From the NCBI GenBank assembly GCA_000002445.1, contig CP000069.1:1504001-1568000 (forward strand): 64,000 bases of DNA. Direction: 5' to 3'. A program made the translations under genes and the position numbers. This DNA comes from Trypanosoma brucei (Eukaryota). Shown here in pieces: positions 12,436-23,878 of the stretch (positions are counted from its first letter, which is position 1; every line of letters starts with the position of its first letter). Below the pieces are notes generated by a model. That model saw only the letters and a program-made list of their open reading frames with translations, did no database searches and was not told the DNA's origin.

Positions 12436-13874
12436 ACTCTACTCTGCTTGAGTATTGTTTCTAGGTCGGTTTCGTGTTGCTAGTCTTCAAACATTGTGAT
12501 AAAGTGTGCTGGTGGTTACAACAATGTAGCGGCTTAGTTGTCTTTTGCAGCAGGGGCGGTCGCTTACCTTATGGTTGCCTGCCTGCTCCTCTTGACCGGT
12601 TTGTCTCTCAAATGTATCTTTCACACATTATTTGCCGCGACTCCGACGGGTTTGTTCGATATTCTTTAGTTTTGACCTAGTGGCGATCGGTCAGTTTGCT
12701 ACGGTTTCTTGTTTTCTGTTCTTGACTCATTCCACCGCAGTATTTTTCCTTTTTCAGTTTTCCTTAGTGGTGCCGTTGGCGCTCCTTTTCCTGTCTGTAT
12801 AGGGACTCTAACGACAGGTTGTGCATGCCTTTGATAACGGTACCTTCTTATTTTTCTTTACTTCTGCATTTCCTTTTCCTCTACAAGTTTTTTGTCACTT
12901 GCGTCGCCTCATTTTGATCGGTTTTTCAGTGACTCCACTAAATAGGCTTTTTCCTCCGCCTGCTGTATATAGGTCTGTGCTTTGCATGACACTTTGTGCG
13001 TTTTCAAAAAAGCACCCACCGAGTTAGGAACGATTCTTAGGTTTAGCCGCAAAATCTTTTTGTAAACTCTTGTTATTGCTCATCCACTGTCGTTGTTTCG
13101 TCTTACTGTTTTTGATTTAGGGTCATTTGCTTGTTCGCCTATGTTATTAGGTTAGAAAAGCTGCATACGTCTTTAAATTTGTTTTAACTTTCTTCTGCTT
13201 CTCAGAAAAAGGTGGCTGCGTTTGGTATGATGAGTAATGTGCCTAATAAAATCTTTCGTGCTACTACTCTCATAGCTGTTTTGCGGTCGGTAAATAAAGA
13301 AAATTCGTAAAATTCGAAGTATAAAAACATTTACACCACTTATGAGAAAAATAAATATTAGTGCGGTTTGCAGGTATAACTTAACGCTGACACGTAAAAA
13401 ACGTGCTTTGGTTGAGTAATTGTAGCTTTAAATTCCAATCCATGCCGCTATATATCTATATCAACATCTAAAACATCTATCATTTATGACCGCTATGTGC
13501 TTTTAATGTGCCTCAAATCCTGCCGCCATGATACATCTTCAACGTAGATATAACACTGACACTTCGTCTGTATACATGGTTTTGAGCATTTCGTATTCTT
13601 ATCTTGTATGAGTACCGGTCTCTCCTGTTTCTTTATCAGCAATAGTAGTCTTAAATGCACTCTACTTTCTTGAAATATCTTAACACATACCATCAATTTA
13701 GTGTCACTGTCTATTATAATGAATTATCCGTGTCTTAAATAGGTTTAACTTCTTACCATTGAATCATTATGGGAGAGAACGGTATCATTTTAAACTTTCT
13801 GTACTTCATAAAGCACTTCTGCGGCCCTCCACCTGCCGTTTCTCATCATTAAGTTGTTCCTTCTGATTTTAACA

Positions 13875-16013
13875 CTAGATAGCGGAATATCCTGTTGGTA
13901 TTGTTGGCCCTATCGCTGCATGTTGCGGGTTGCACCATCGGCACTGTGGAGGCACACTCGGGTTGATCTTTCGCAACATCCATCCATAGTGTCTTGAAGA
14001 CACAACCCGAAAGCGTGCCCGTGCCGTTTCTTCTTCCCTCGTCAGTTCTTCTTTATGTTTTGTTGGAAAGTGGTTGCCCGTGATACCAAACCTATGAGTG
14101 TTCTCATGGACTTCTTCCGACCTAAGCACTCGCTTCGCATAAGCAATGATGTCGGGGATCCATGTGTCTCGCAACTGTGGTAAATCTGCGGCCTTTTTGG
14201 CCATTTCATCGCAAACCTCATTCCGTTTCATGCCACAATGGCCAAACACAAATTGCAGTCGGATACACACCTTTCTTCTCTGAACTTGAAGCAGAAGCCT
14301 CCATAGTCGTCTTAGAATTGGGTCCGTTACGGCTAGGGGGCCTGTCTGCAGTGCTGTTAACATTGACAGCGAGTCAGAGAAGATGGACAACCTGCTCGGT
14401 GTGCTTCTGTATGCCGGAAGCCATTTCAGCAGCCTTTGCAGTCCTATCTCTAATGCTACGCATTCCGCTCTGTAACTGCATGAGAGTTCCCCTGCTCCAG
14501 TTTTGGGTGCACAAATCAGCGTGTTGCTTCTGTAGAGCAGGGCAGCTGCTCCGGACTTCTCACCGAGGGACATGGGTCCATCAGTCCACAATTCGTAGTG
14601 CTCTCGCCGCGGTGGCTCCTTCCCCCTCCGTGCAAAATGCCGTTCAATCCACTTTTCGGAAGCCTCCCTTTTGACATCGTCAGGGTCATCAGCGCACACA
14701 GGCTTTATCTGCGTGTGAAATATCGGTCGGCAGCTGTGGCGGAGCGTCGATGTCTCTAGTGGGTGCTCGCGTGGCTCAATGTGGAGGTGGGGATAGGACC
14801 GCATGATGCGGGAATGTAGGACTCTGACTGGATGTTTGCTGTGGTATACTTCTTCAGCACTGCGCCGTAAACATCCGCCTCGTGACTCACACATCAGCAT
14901 GAATTTCATGCTGCGCACAAGAGTGGTCGTCTTGAGTGGCAGGAGGTTTGCTTCCAGCAGAGAGTTCTCTTTGAGCTTCCCATGTTGTATGCCGGCTATG
15001 ATGCGACTGGCTTTGTGTTGTGCTGCTGCAAGGAGGTCGCGACTTCGTTCCGAAGCGTCCCAGTACCATACCTCAATGCCATACATGGTGTGTGCCTGTA
15101 CGAGTGCTAGATAAAAAGCTCTCAGTACTTGTCTTCTTGGCTCCCATGTAGAAGCTGAGATGGCTGCTATCTGCAGTAGTCTAAAATCCATCTTGCGTCT
15201 CGTTTCTGCAGCATGTGTTGCCATCCCCTGCAGACACTGGAATGTTACTCCTAGAAGCTTCGGTGTCCTGCCAGCTCCTATTCTTTTGCCGTCCAGTTGT
15301 AATGTAAGGGGGTGGCGCTCTATACACCCGAAGAGTGTGCACATTGTTTTCGCTACATTGACAGACATGAAGTACTCTTTTGACCACTGTAACACCACGG
15401 TTAGGCCGCATTGTAGTGTGTGGTTGATGGCATCCCTCTCTGTGTGCCTCGCAAGTAGCGTCAGGTTGTCTGCAAAGAATCCGTGCTGCAGTAACGGCAC
15501 TTCTGCAAGGCATTGGCTCAACGAGTTCATGACAATAATGAACATGATTGGACCAAGGACAGTTCCTTGTGGCACTCCTCGCTCAAATGTTCTGCTTCTG
15601 GAGAGCTTCTCCTTGAATCTCACTCTGCCAGTTCGGTTACTCAGAAATGATACGCACCACTTCACAATGTGGGGTGATACCTTCATTCTGTGCATTTCCC
15701 TCGCAATTTTGTCGTGGTCTACTGTATCAAATGCCTTCTCGTAGTCGACGAATACAGCACCCGTACGATATTGGTGCGTGGGGCGGCAGAGGGCAGCGCG
15801 GACGTGCAGGAGTTGTTCGAGCGTTGAGCATCCGGGGCGAAAGCCTGATTGCTGCGGCGTCAGCTGGGACTCAACAGTGTCTCTAAGCCTCGCGGCAATT
15901 ATGCGTTCCATGACTTTGCAGAGACAGCTCGTGAGCGTCACAGGCCTGTAAGAATCGAGGTCCTCCGCCTTTTTCCGGCCTTCAGGATGGGGATGATAAC
16001 ACCAGTCTTCCAT
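13875..16013 (-). CDS. ingi reverse transcriptase - RNase H ORF segment (712 aa, uninterrupted up to the truncation point)
   Basis: RT motifs are present (e.g. FVDYEKAFDTVDHDKIAREM..., FADNLTLLARH as the YXDD-like region). RNase H follows (ELWTDGPMSLGEKSGAAALLYRSNTL...). The ORF ends a few codons past the point where ingi homology stops. Confidence 0.85.
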   Translation of the reverse strand: MEDWCYHPHPEGRKKAEDLDSYRPVTLTSCLCKVMERIIAARLRDTVESQLTPQQSGFRPGCSTLEQLLHVRAALCRPTHQYRTGAVFVDYEKAFDTVDHDKIAREMHRMKVSPHIVKWCVSFLSNRTGRVRFKEKLSRSRTFERGVPQGTVLGPIMFIIVMNSLSQCLAEVPLLQHGFFADNLTLLARHTERDAINHTLQCGLTVVLQWSKEYFMSVNVAKTMCTLFGCIERHPLTLQLDGKRIGAGRTPKLLGVTFQCLQGMATHAAETRRKMDFRLLQIAAISASTWEPRRQVLRAFYLALVQAHTMYGIEVWYWDASERSRDLLAAAQHKASRIIAGIQHGKLKENSLLEANLLPLKTTTLVRSMKFMLMCESRGGCLRRSAEEVYHSKHPVRVLHSRIMRSYPHLHIEPREHPLETSTLRHSCRPIFHTQIKPVCADDPDDVKREASEKWIERHFARRGKEPPRREHYELWTDGPMSLGEKSGAAALLYRSNTLICAPKTGAGELSCSYRAECVALEIGLQRLLKWLPAYRSTPSRLSIFSDSLSMLTALQTGPLAVTDPILRRLWRLLLQVQRRKVCIRLQFVFGHCGMKRNEVCDEMAKKAADLPQLRDTWIPDIIAYAKRVLRSEEVHENTHRFGITGNHFPTKHKEELTREEETARARFRVVSSRHYGWMLRKINPSVPPQCRWCNPQHAAIGPTIPTGYSAI

Positions 16014-17661
16014 GCAGGCGGCACGACTCCCGTTCGTAGGCTCTCATTGAATAGCCTCACAACAACATTCAGCGCTGTTCTGCCGAGATGTTGCAGTGCC
16101 TCGTTGTATAAGCAATCAGGTCCGGCTGCGGATCCACTAGGTAGCAGTTTGATCGATCTCCGTAGTTCAGCCATCGTGATGGGACTGAACTCACTCGCTA
16201 TCGTCTTTATTGGTGCCGGTGGGTGTGAGTCGGGGTGCCTTCTTGCGCGGGAAGAGTACAGTTTACTGAACCTCTCAGCTTGACGGTAGTCCGTGATGGC
16301 CGCGTTATCAACAAGTACAGCCGGTGTGGTTAGTGGTCGTGGCGCATATACCTTCTTGACAATGTGCCAACTGCAGCGGTCTGACACCGCAAGTCTGGAG
16401 CATAGCGTGCTCCATCTCTTCTTTGTGGTACGGTCCAGGATCTGCTTACGCGTGGCTACCAACTTTTCCCTTCGGTGGGAGGGTCCGCATCCAGCGATCT
16501 CTTCATCGAGTTTCGCGAGCTCAGGTGTCCAATGTGGTGGCGTTGCTCTGCAGCCACGGGGGACGGAGACCTTCGTCGCAATGCGGATGGCGGAGCTCAA
16601 TTTCTGTTCCAGGGTGTTGACATTCTTCTCTCTACCAATTTTCCTGCAGAGCTCGTCAACCTTGAGACGGAAATTCCTCCAGTCAGCTTTTAGCCATGCG
16701 TACATGGGCTTTCGAAGCCGCGGGCAGCTCAGTGCATCTGTGTCGTCTCCAAAGATAACGTCGAAAAATATGTGATGGTGATCGCTATCGGGAGAATACA
16801 GCGATGTCCACGTGTACACTGTGCAATTCCTTGACAGTGTCACATCAGGGGTGGACTCCCCGTGGTGGCGCGCGTACCTGGTGCACTCACCAGTGTTGCA
16901 GACCAGAAACTGGTTGTCAATGCACCACTGTGTGAGGGTTTCACCCTTGGTATTTGGTGGGCTCGCGCGATCCCATGCCAACGCGTGTGCGTTAGCGTCT
17001 GCACCGATGAGCTGGGCACCGTCAGTCGTCAGAAGCGTATCTAGGTCAGTTGCCGTGAAGGTGTGTTTTGGTGGGATGTATGCCGACGTGACAGTCAGCG
17101 CCGTTCCACGTGCAAGGTGAATTGTTGCATGCACTTGTTCAATGCGACCAACAACGGCCATACCGGTCTCGACTGGTATGTCCTCTCACTAGTATTGATA
17201 CACCACCTCCTTTGCAGTTACGAGCTATTCCGTGATGTTGGTAGCCAGCAACGCTAAAGCAAGCCGCCTCTCCAGGCGTCATCCTTGTCTCGCTCAACAG
17301 ACAAAAGGCGATCCGCTCATCAACAAGGGTTTTGTGGAGTGCTAATCTCTTTCCTTGAGATAGTCCGGCGCAGTTCCACTGCATCCCGTGAAACGACAGG
17401 CAGGGATTCTCTTCCACATCACCGGACAGCAGCATCTTAGTGCGGATGATATACTGCTGATGGCACGCTGGCACGTGCTCAGGGACCGACAAATGAAAAA
17501 CGGTGTCCCAGCAAGACGCTGCTGATCCCTGTGCTGTATGATGCCGTAGCCGGAGCACAGCAGTGTTCCCTATGAAAGGAACGCTGCTGGCTCTTGGCTT
17601 CCCCCGATGATACGGGGTACTGGACCCTGGCACCACGTTGAGGTGGCCGGCATCGCCAGGG
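13892..17661 (-). mobile_element. ingi: ingi non-LTR retrotransposon, copy 1; 5' end intact, 3'-truncated (about 3.77 kb of about 5.25 kb)
   Basis: The 5' end (reverse complement at 17600-17661) reads GATGCCGGCCACCTCAACGTGGTGCCAGGGTCCAGTACCCCGTATCATCGGGGGAAGCCAAGAGCCAGCAG. Collinear and about 97-98% identical to the copy at 41740-46988. Homology stops abruptly at about 13892, after ...QHAAIGPTI in the protein. The zinc-finger region and 3' RIME half are absent. Confidence 0.9.
15938..17161 (-). CDS. ingi ORF segment (N-terminal region, 407 aa; follows the APE-like endonuclease segment present in the overlapping ORF 17139..17750)
   Basis: 407-aa ORF that is near-identical to the ORF at 42239..43462. 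The overlapping ORF 17139..17750(-) carries FHGMQWNCAGLSQGKRLALHKTLVDERIAFCLLSETRM, which is endonuclease-like. Confidence 0.8.
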   Translation of the reverse strand: MAVVGRIEQVHATIHLARGTALTVTSAYIPPKHTFTATDLDTLLTTDGAQLIGADANAHALAWDRASPPNTKGETLTQWCIDNQFLVCNTGECTRYARHHGESTPDVTLSRNCTVYTWTSLYSPDSDHHHIFFDVIFGDDTDALSCPRLRKPMYAWLKADWRNFRLKVDELCRKIGREKNVNTLEQKLSSAIRIATKVSVPRGCRATPPHWTPELAKLDEEIAGCGPSHRREKLVATRKQILDRTTKKRWSTLCSRLAVSDRCSWHIVKKVYAPRPLTTPAVLVDNAAITDYRQAERFSKLYSSRARRHPDSHPPAPIKTIASEFSPITMAELRRSIKLLPSGSAAGPDCLYNEALQHLGRTALNVVVRLFNESLRTGVVPPAWKTGVIIPILKAGKRRRTSILTGL

Positions 17662-18159
17662 TACTCACTTGATCTCAACCCTCCGCATTTAAGTCGGCCA
17701 CCATATTTCAAACTATATGTTACACCATTTCTTACGCAGCATCTATTCACTTATATTTGACATAGGAAGCACAAACCACCCCGTATTATTTCTTTCTGTG
17801 CCGCTTTGAGCTTTTGCGTGTCCATTTGTTTCTTTCTGTATCTTCTTCCCTATTTTTGTCAACTGCATCACTCGCTTTGAGTAACACAGAGACTCTATTT
17901 GACATGTAACAACTAATTCTGTCTCTAACCACTATATTTCTTCACCTTCTCAATGTGCATCATGGTACTCATCACCATGTTTATGTACGAAAATGTTCGT
18001 ATTCCCTATTCTTTTTCTTTTGTATCTCTTATTTTCCTTCAATAACATCAAACGTGCTCACAGTCTGTCTTATTACTTCTTCTACTCACTCATTTACTCA
18101 AATTATGCCATTGCAATTATTTTAAACTCCTTATTTTGGGGGTTATTTCAGCTGGCAGC

Positions 18160-18290
18160 CCTCTTATTTTAATATTCGTATACACACTCACAACACTATC
18201 CTAGTATTATCATTATTGGCATTTCTATATTATTATTAACACTACTTCTACTATAGCCCTAACTGATAGCGACAGAATAACGAAATAATC
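18160..18290 (-). repeat. 70-bp repeat (about 1-1.5 copies)
   Basis: cctcttattttaatattcgtatacacactcacaacactatcc ... tattattattaacactac. Confidence 0.8.
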
Positions 18291-18589
18291 AAAATTATTG
18301 TACTAATCATTTTTGACGCCCTTTCATCCTACTACGTTATGTCCACATGCCACTATTATACACATTTTAGTATAAGTTTAACTATTTTTCTCACTTTTAA
18401 AAGGTTTTTAAAAACTGTTAAAATATAGAAATTTTTGTCAATTTCTATCAAATTCTTTCAAAATATCAGCGTGTCATTGTATTTTATAAAATTCATGACG
18501 TTCGATAAAATTGAGCATATATCCTTATAGTTCTACAAAAACCCACAAAAAAGCAGTAATCAGGGCAATTTTTTTTTTTATCTAGAAGA

Positions 18590-19914
18590 AAACTAGTAGA
18601 GCGGTACTTGCCTTCCATCCATCCAAAAACAGCTTCTTTCTGGCGGAATGTCACCTTTTACTGGTCCTTTGGCTTCCTTACTTAATGTGCACTTTTCTTC
18701 TCATTATTTGATTCGGCGTTCCACTTGCATGGCGGTTTACAATCTGTTTCCTTGTCTAACTTATTGCACTCTGCTTCTTTGGAGTCGATTGTTTCTTGGG
18801 TTTGGCGCTTGGGATGTTTGATAGTTTCTGCTCCATGTGCTACGGTTATGGTGGCTATGTCCAGAGTGTCGCATAACTGCCACGCTTGAACCTCTGCTGC
18901 TTTCAGTTGGGCATGCATTTTGGCTAGCTCGGTTCTTATGGTATATGCCTTTTTGAGTTCTTTCGTTGCTTGGAGCATGTTTTCGACCCATTTTACTTTG
19001 TGGAATGTTCCTGTTCCCACTGCAGCCATGTAATCAACACAAGTGGCTGAGATGGTGCCACCTAGGCCGTGCCGCCCGCTGTTGTCGTTGTCTGTGAAGG
19101 CTTTGTTGACGAGTGAGGATTCTACTTGGGTTACCGCCGCCATGAGTAGCTCTAGCGTGACAGTTTTTGCGTCGGTGGTGGGCTTAAATTTTGTTACAAT
19201 GGCCTTATACGCGCTGACTCCAGCGGCCGCGTCGCTTCCTGTTCCATAGTTGGCTCTGTTCTCGCCTTCTACGCAGATTCCGTTGCTTGTGCTTGCCGTG
19301 CCGCAAACACATGCAAGCGCTTTGGCTAGATTTTGCGCCGCCGGTTTTACCCTGCCGCCGCTGTTGCATGCGTTGTCTCCGGTGTCGAAAGTCTGTTCGG
19401 CTGCTGTGTTAGCCGCCGCGTCGCCGAAAACCGCTGCTTTTCATAATTTTTTGGCATTTTATTTTAAGTTTTGAAACTCCTTTTGTTGGCCGGCTGCTTG
19501 CTCTGCTGTAACCGCCGTTGAGTTGTACAGCCTTTCTAAAGCAGTGTGTGCTGCCCGCTTCCCTGGGCTTTCCGGAGGCCTTTTGTAAATTTCCGATTTG
19601 TCACTGTTCGTTTCGGTTTTTATTGTATCTTTGATTGCTGTAAATTCTGTGTCGGTTGTGAAGATGCCAAAAGTTTTATTATTGTAGTGTTCGTCTGGTA
19701 TTGTTGCCGCGTACAGTGCCCTCACAGCTGTCGGTACCTCGCCATTCGCATCCTGGGTATTGAATTCCGCCGCGTCGATGCTGCCTGTTGCTGCCTGATA
19801 TGCTGCACAAAGAGCTTCGTACTGTTACGCATTTTCTCGCTTCGAGTGTGACACTGAAGTCAAAGCTGCTAGTGCGGTTAGTAGACTTGCTATTAGTGGC
19901 CGCATTGCCTATAA
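18590..19914 (-). pseudogene. VSG: VSG pseudogene (B-type, in-frame stops, degenerate GPI signal)
   Basis: Reverse-complement translation starts MRPLIASLLTALAALTSVSHS (signal peptide) at about 19914. It contains LACVCGTASTSNGICVEG. ORFs 19459..19725(-) and 18682..19143(-) are separated by stops. The C-terminal domain reads ...CNKLDKETDCKPPCKWNAESNNEKKSAH*. The tail is a shifted degenerate ...KKLFLDGWKASTALLVFF. Confidence 0.8.
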
Positions 19915-20469
19915 GTTAGTAAATTTATGGTTTTGTTTATGTTGAAATGCGTAACGTTTTGTGCAATTATAGTGGCTTGTGAGTAAGTTTGAATGTCACA
20001 GAAACCTTATCGGTTTGTGGGGTACTTTAAGACTTTAAGGCTAAAACATTAATTTTAATTAGAAATTACCGTGGAAGGTGAAGTTTCGTGATCAAACATC
20101 TTTGAAGTACCTTCGGAATCACATTTTATAAGTCTTAAACAAATACCCTTCTTTAAAAGCGTAAATACAAATTTTGTCATACGTGAAATTAAATTTTTTT
20201 CAACCTCTCGTATAAGCTCAAATTTTTCTTAACTCTATCGTACTAAATTTCCTCCTTTTAAAACACGCGTAAAAACTAAGATTTTTTACAATTAACTTCG
20301 TTTTCTCCTCTCATGCAATAGTGTACCATTGAAAAAATAAATGGCGCCTTTCAAATTTCATCACTATGCTGAATAGAAAAGAGTCTCTCCTCATAATCTA
20401 ATCCAATCATTCCTCACTTCAAAACAAATCTTTGTCAAACAGCTTCTTTTTGAGTTGCACTACAAATAA

Positions 20470-21060
20470 GAAATGGCTTGTAAATACTCTTATCTGACTG
20501 CCATTCCTCACTTCCCTTTAGTAACTCTCCAAAAGCATATTCAAATTTTCTTAAACTCCCATACTCTGGCTATTAAACCGCCAACACTAAGATACGGTTT
20601 TCCACTAGGAGGTGATTTTAGTAAATGGGGTAATTTTTTATCCTCTTCTTTTCTGTAGCCCACATTGAAAAACCAGTAACATCTCTGCATATGCTCCTTG
20701 TGATCTGAGTTCATAATCAGATTCAACTGAGGAGCATAACACTCTGATGTTGTCATGAACATAATAGGGGAAATATGCTTCTCTTTTACTATATCTTCTT
20801 CACCAAATCTATCTTCATTATCAGCGCTATTTTGTACAAAATATTCCACAGCATTTTTATACTTATTTCCATCACTAACAATAACAGCAGATCCATTTAC
20901 AGTTATTACAATATCCTCATCACCTGCATTATGCATTTCCAAAAATTCCATAACTCATCTAGGCCTCTTAACATGACTATACAAACCTTCCATAGCAATT
21001 GTAATAATTTTAACATGGCTTATTTAGTACTTAATATTAGCCTGCACCATCCTTTAGTTG
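20470..21060 (-). repeat. Conserved VSG-upstream module, copy 1, carrying small ORF 20541..20951(-) (136 aa, acidic, ends ...GGLIARVWEFKKI)
   Basis: DNA and protein similarity to 24240-25040 and 47590-48130. Shared protein motifs are VITVNGS/VIV.DG.KY, MNSDH.EHM.RC and IARVWEF(K/R)KF. Confidence 0.6.
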
Positions 21061-22029
21061 CATGAGTTTGAACCACAAAAACAAACACTCTGGAATTCTT
21101 AGGCTTTTCATCTGTAATATTTACTTCTTTATAATGTTTAATATATGTTGAGCTTAAACACGCAAAATGTAATAGTAGTGATAATAATAAAATCGAAAGT
21201 TACTACATTTTATTCCCTAACCTATATTTAAAATTTTGAAAGAGATATAATAAAAAATTTAAAAAAGAGTAAGTTTCATCACTAAGCTTTTTGGTTAATG
21301 AAAACGTGTTTACGTGTATGAGTAAGTAATGCCTTGATATTGTGATTATATAGCTTCTGAAATGTGCCTATTTAGTGCATTAATTTAATCTTTTGGCGTG
21401 CATTAAAGATTCCTGTTTTTAGTAGTTAGCCGCGGCAACATACAGTGCAGTTCTTCCATGCACAGTCCTTCTCTATGAATTTATCTGGTAATTACAAGTA
21501 GCAGGCTGAACTGATAGGGACAGAAATAATAATAATTTTACAACCCTTCTGCGCAACTCCTCTCAACCATCTAATTTAGGCATTATCCTCTAACCAACAT
21601 GGATTTATGAGCCACCGATACTCGATTCTACAATTTTCTTCGTTGTGGCACATATTCATTTTTGTGCCAAATGTGCAGCACAATCACATCTTCTGCCGTT
21701 TACTTTGTGCCAAACTCGTGAGCATTTCGTTGCAAAACTCTCTCTTTTATTTACTTTTTTACGTTCTGTTGCTACTCCTGCGAATTACGTTGATAATTCA
21801 TTTTGCCTGCTCACGGAACTCTGATTATCGCCTACTTTTGGCTTCATCACGTTCCTTTGTATAATCATGAACATAAACATATTTCTGTTTGAAACTGTAT
21901 ATTCCACAACCCTTTCTTCCTTTTTTATTTTTCTCTTACAAACTTTCTCACTTAATAAGTTACTTCCATTGCACCTTTGCAATTATTTAGGTGCTTCCAT
22001 TCTTCCTCTTCATATATTATTCACCAGCA

Positions 22030-22125
22030 ATCTTATTATAATACTCGTATATGCACACTCACAACACTCCTCCATCATTATTATTATCATTATCATTATA
22101 AACGTAACTAATATGTATAAAATAA
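22030..22125 (-). repeat. 70-bp repeat (about 1 copy)
   Basis: cttattataatactcgtatatgcacactcacaacactcc plus (ATT/ATC)n. Confidence 0.8.
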
Positions 22126-22268
22126 AGAATATAGTCTGAATTATAATATCTCTCATTTTTCATATCCTAAAACTCTACTACTTTACTCTCATAAGCCACT
22201 CTTACACAATTTTTTTATATTTTTTATTTTTTCAAAAATTTCAAAAATATTTATACTTTTATTAAAAA

Positions 22269-22284
22269 GTGTTAAAATATCTCA
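22269..22284 (-). promoter_or_regulatory. VSG 3'UTR 16-mer (1 mismatch)
   Basis: gtgttaaaatatctca. Confidence 0.65.
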
Positions 22285-22315
22285 AATGTTTAAAGGATTA
22301 GCGAATTCTCTCAAA

Positions 22316-23878
22316 TTATCTTAAAATAGCAAAGTTTGATAAATTTATTAAATTTCTTAAAAGTGAGAAAAAATCTTTAAAATCTTTAGAGTAGTAAAAT
22401 ACAACCAAACCCCTAAAAGAAGCAGCTATTAGATCCAATTCTTTATTGATAAGAAAGCTGGAATCCTTGCAAGTTTCACCTTCCCACTTGCATCCATCTT
22501 TGCAGTCCTCCTGCTTTTTCTTTTCGGAGTACTTTTTACCTTCTGTATTTGTTCCTACAGCTGCTCCTGTTCCTGCTGTGTTTGTCCGTGCTTCTCCCGC
22601 CTTAGCTTCGCACTTTCCATTGCTTTCCTCTCCTGTCCATTTGCACACTGCTTTGTCACTGTGTGGGCTTGGAAGCTGCCCGCCTGTCTTACTGCTGACG
22701 TTGCCCAGTGGTTCTTCCTCCGTTAGTTGCGTATAAATCGCTTCTGCTTTGGCATCTATTTCTGCCAGTCATTGGACCGCCTGTGTGCGCAGTTTCATGG
22801 CGTCCTCAGCTTGTTCGAGGATTGTTGCTGCTTCCTCGATTTCACTTATCTATGTGTTGGCGGTTATCTTACTCGGTGCTTTGGAAGCCAATAAGTCGGT
22901 GGAATCAAGACAGCCAGCTCCATCGCTTGTTGCACAGTTAGCGCCGTTGCTATTGGGTTCCCCCAGTACGGCAGCGACGCTCGTGCTCCCGGTGTGGGTG
23001 TGTGTTTTGATCCGTGAAAGTACAGTTGTTAAGGCCTGTCGTAAGTTTACTGCTGTTAGGCTTCGTGACTTTGCTTGGAGGCACTTTTGGTGTATGCTTT
23101 CATAGGCTGTTGCCATAATGACTGCGTTCCAGTCCGCTATCGTGCCCGTCGTAGCATTCTCACATGTGTCTTTGGTTTGTGCGCCTTCCTTGGCGCACAG
23201 GAAGACGGCCGCACTGCACACCGTGGAAGGTTGCGCCGTGATTTTGCAAGTCGCCTCCCGGCTTGTAGCCGCGGCCCCTTTACAAGCGTCTGCTGCGTTT
23301 GTGTGCTTTGTTTGTTTTCCGAACAAGGCTCCATTGGGCTTGGTAGCCAGTTCTGACCACGGTTTTTGCAGGTTCTTGTGCGGTCCTGTGTTGTAGTCTG
23401 AGACTACTTTTGTTGCTTCGGCTATTAGGGCTGTTATTTGCATTCGTGCTGCCTTGCCTACCGGACCGTCGCTGATTCCCGCTGGTAAGAGCTTGTTCCC
23501 TGGCATCTCGTCTGCTTTCGAAGCTGCAATAGCTGCGCTTTCCCATTTGGTCCATTGCTGCTTGCAATTTGGCTCCCAATCAAGGGCTTTGCAGAACTCT
23601 GGATCGTTGTTTCGTTTGCTTGCGTCTGTTATGAATTTGTTCCGCCAGCTGGTGAGGCTCAGTGACATGTTGATCTTGTCAAAGTTTCCTGGCATCGTCA
23701 GTTCTGAAGATGCTGGATCGACGCCGGTTGTGCTCTCCAATCCTGTTGATATGAGCTGGCAGATCGCATCGAGGTCTGCGAGGTTGATGACGTGGTCTTC
23801 AGTCGCACTTACCTTTTGCATTAGCGCCACATTGAGCAGTGCTGCATATAGTAGTAGAGCTTTTGTTTCAGGCTTCAT
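22316..23878 (-). pseudogene. VSG: VSG pseudogene (N-domain ORF 342 aa plus frameshifted C-terminal domain)
   Basis: ORF 22850..23878(-) starts MKPETKALLLYAALLNVALMQKVSATEDH (signal peptide). ORF 22316..22648(-) carries the C-terminal domain cysteines ...CKDGCKWEGETCKDSSFLINKELDLIAASF... with a degenerate hydrophobic tail. The two ORFs are in different frames. Confidence 0.8.

Noticed and set aside
11729-12451. Long plus-strand ORFs such as 11729..12451 (240 aa), 5363..5869, 38058..38585, 62441..63256 and 15160..15744.
   Set aside because: All are antisense to VSG or ingi coding sequence and give Ala/Ser/Leu/Cys-rich low-complexity translations typical of reading GC-rich codons backwards. 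They have no independent support.
20541-20951. The conserved small ORF as an ESAG or expression-site element.
   Set aside because: No telomere, promoter or ESAG-sized ORFs are present. The array structure is that of silent internal arrays. I cannot match the motif set to any ESAG I know, so I left it as an unknown module.
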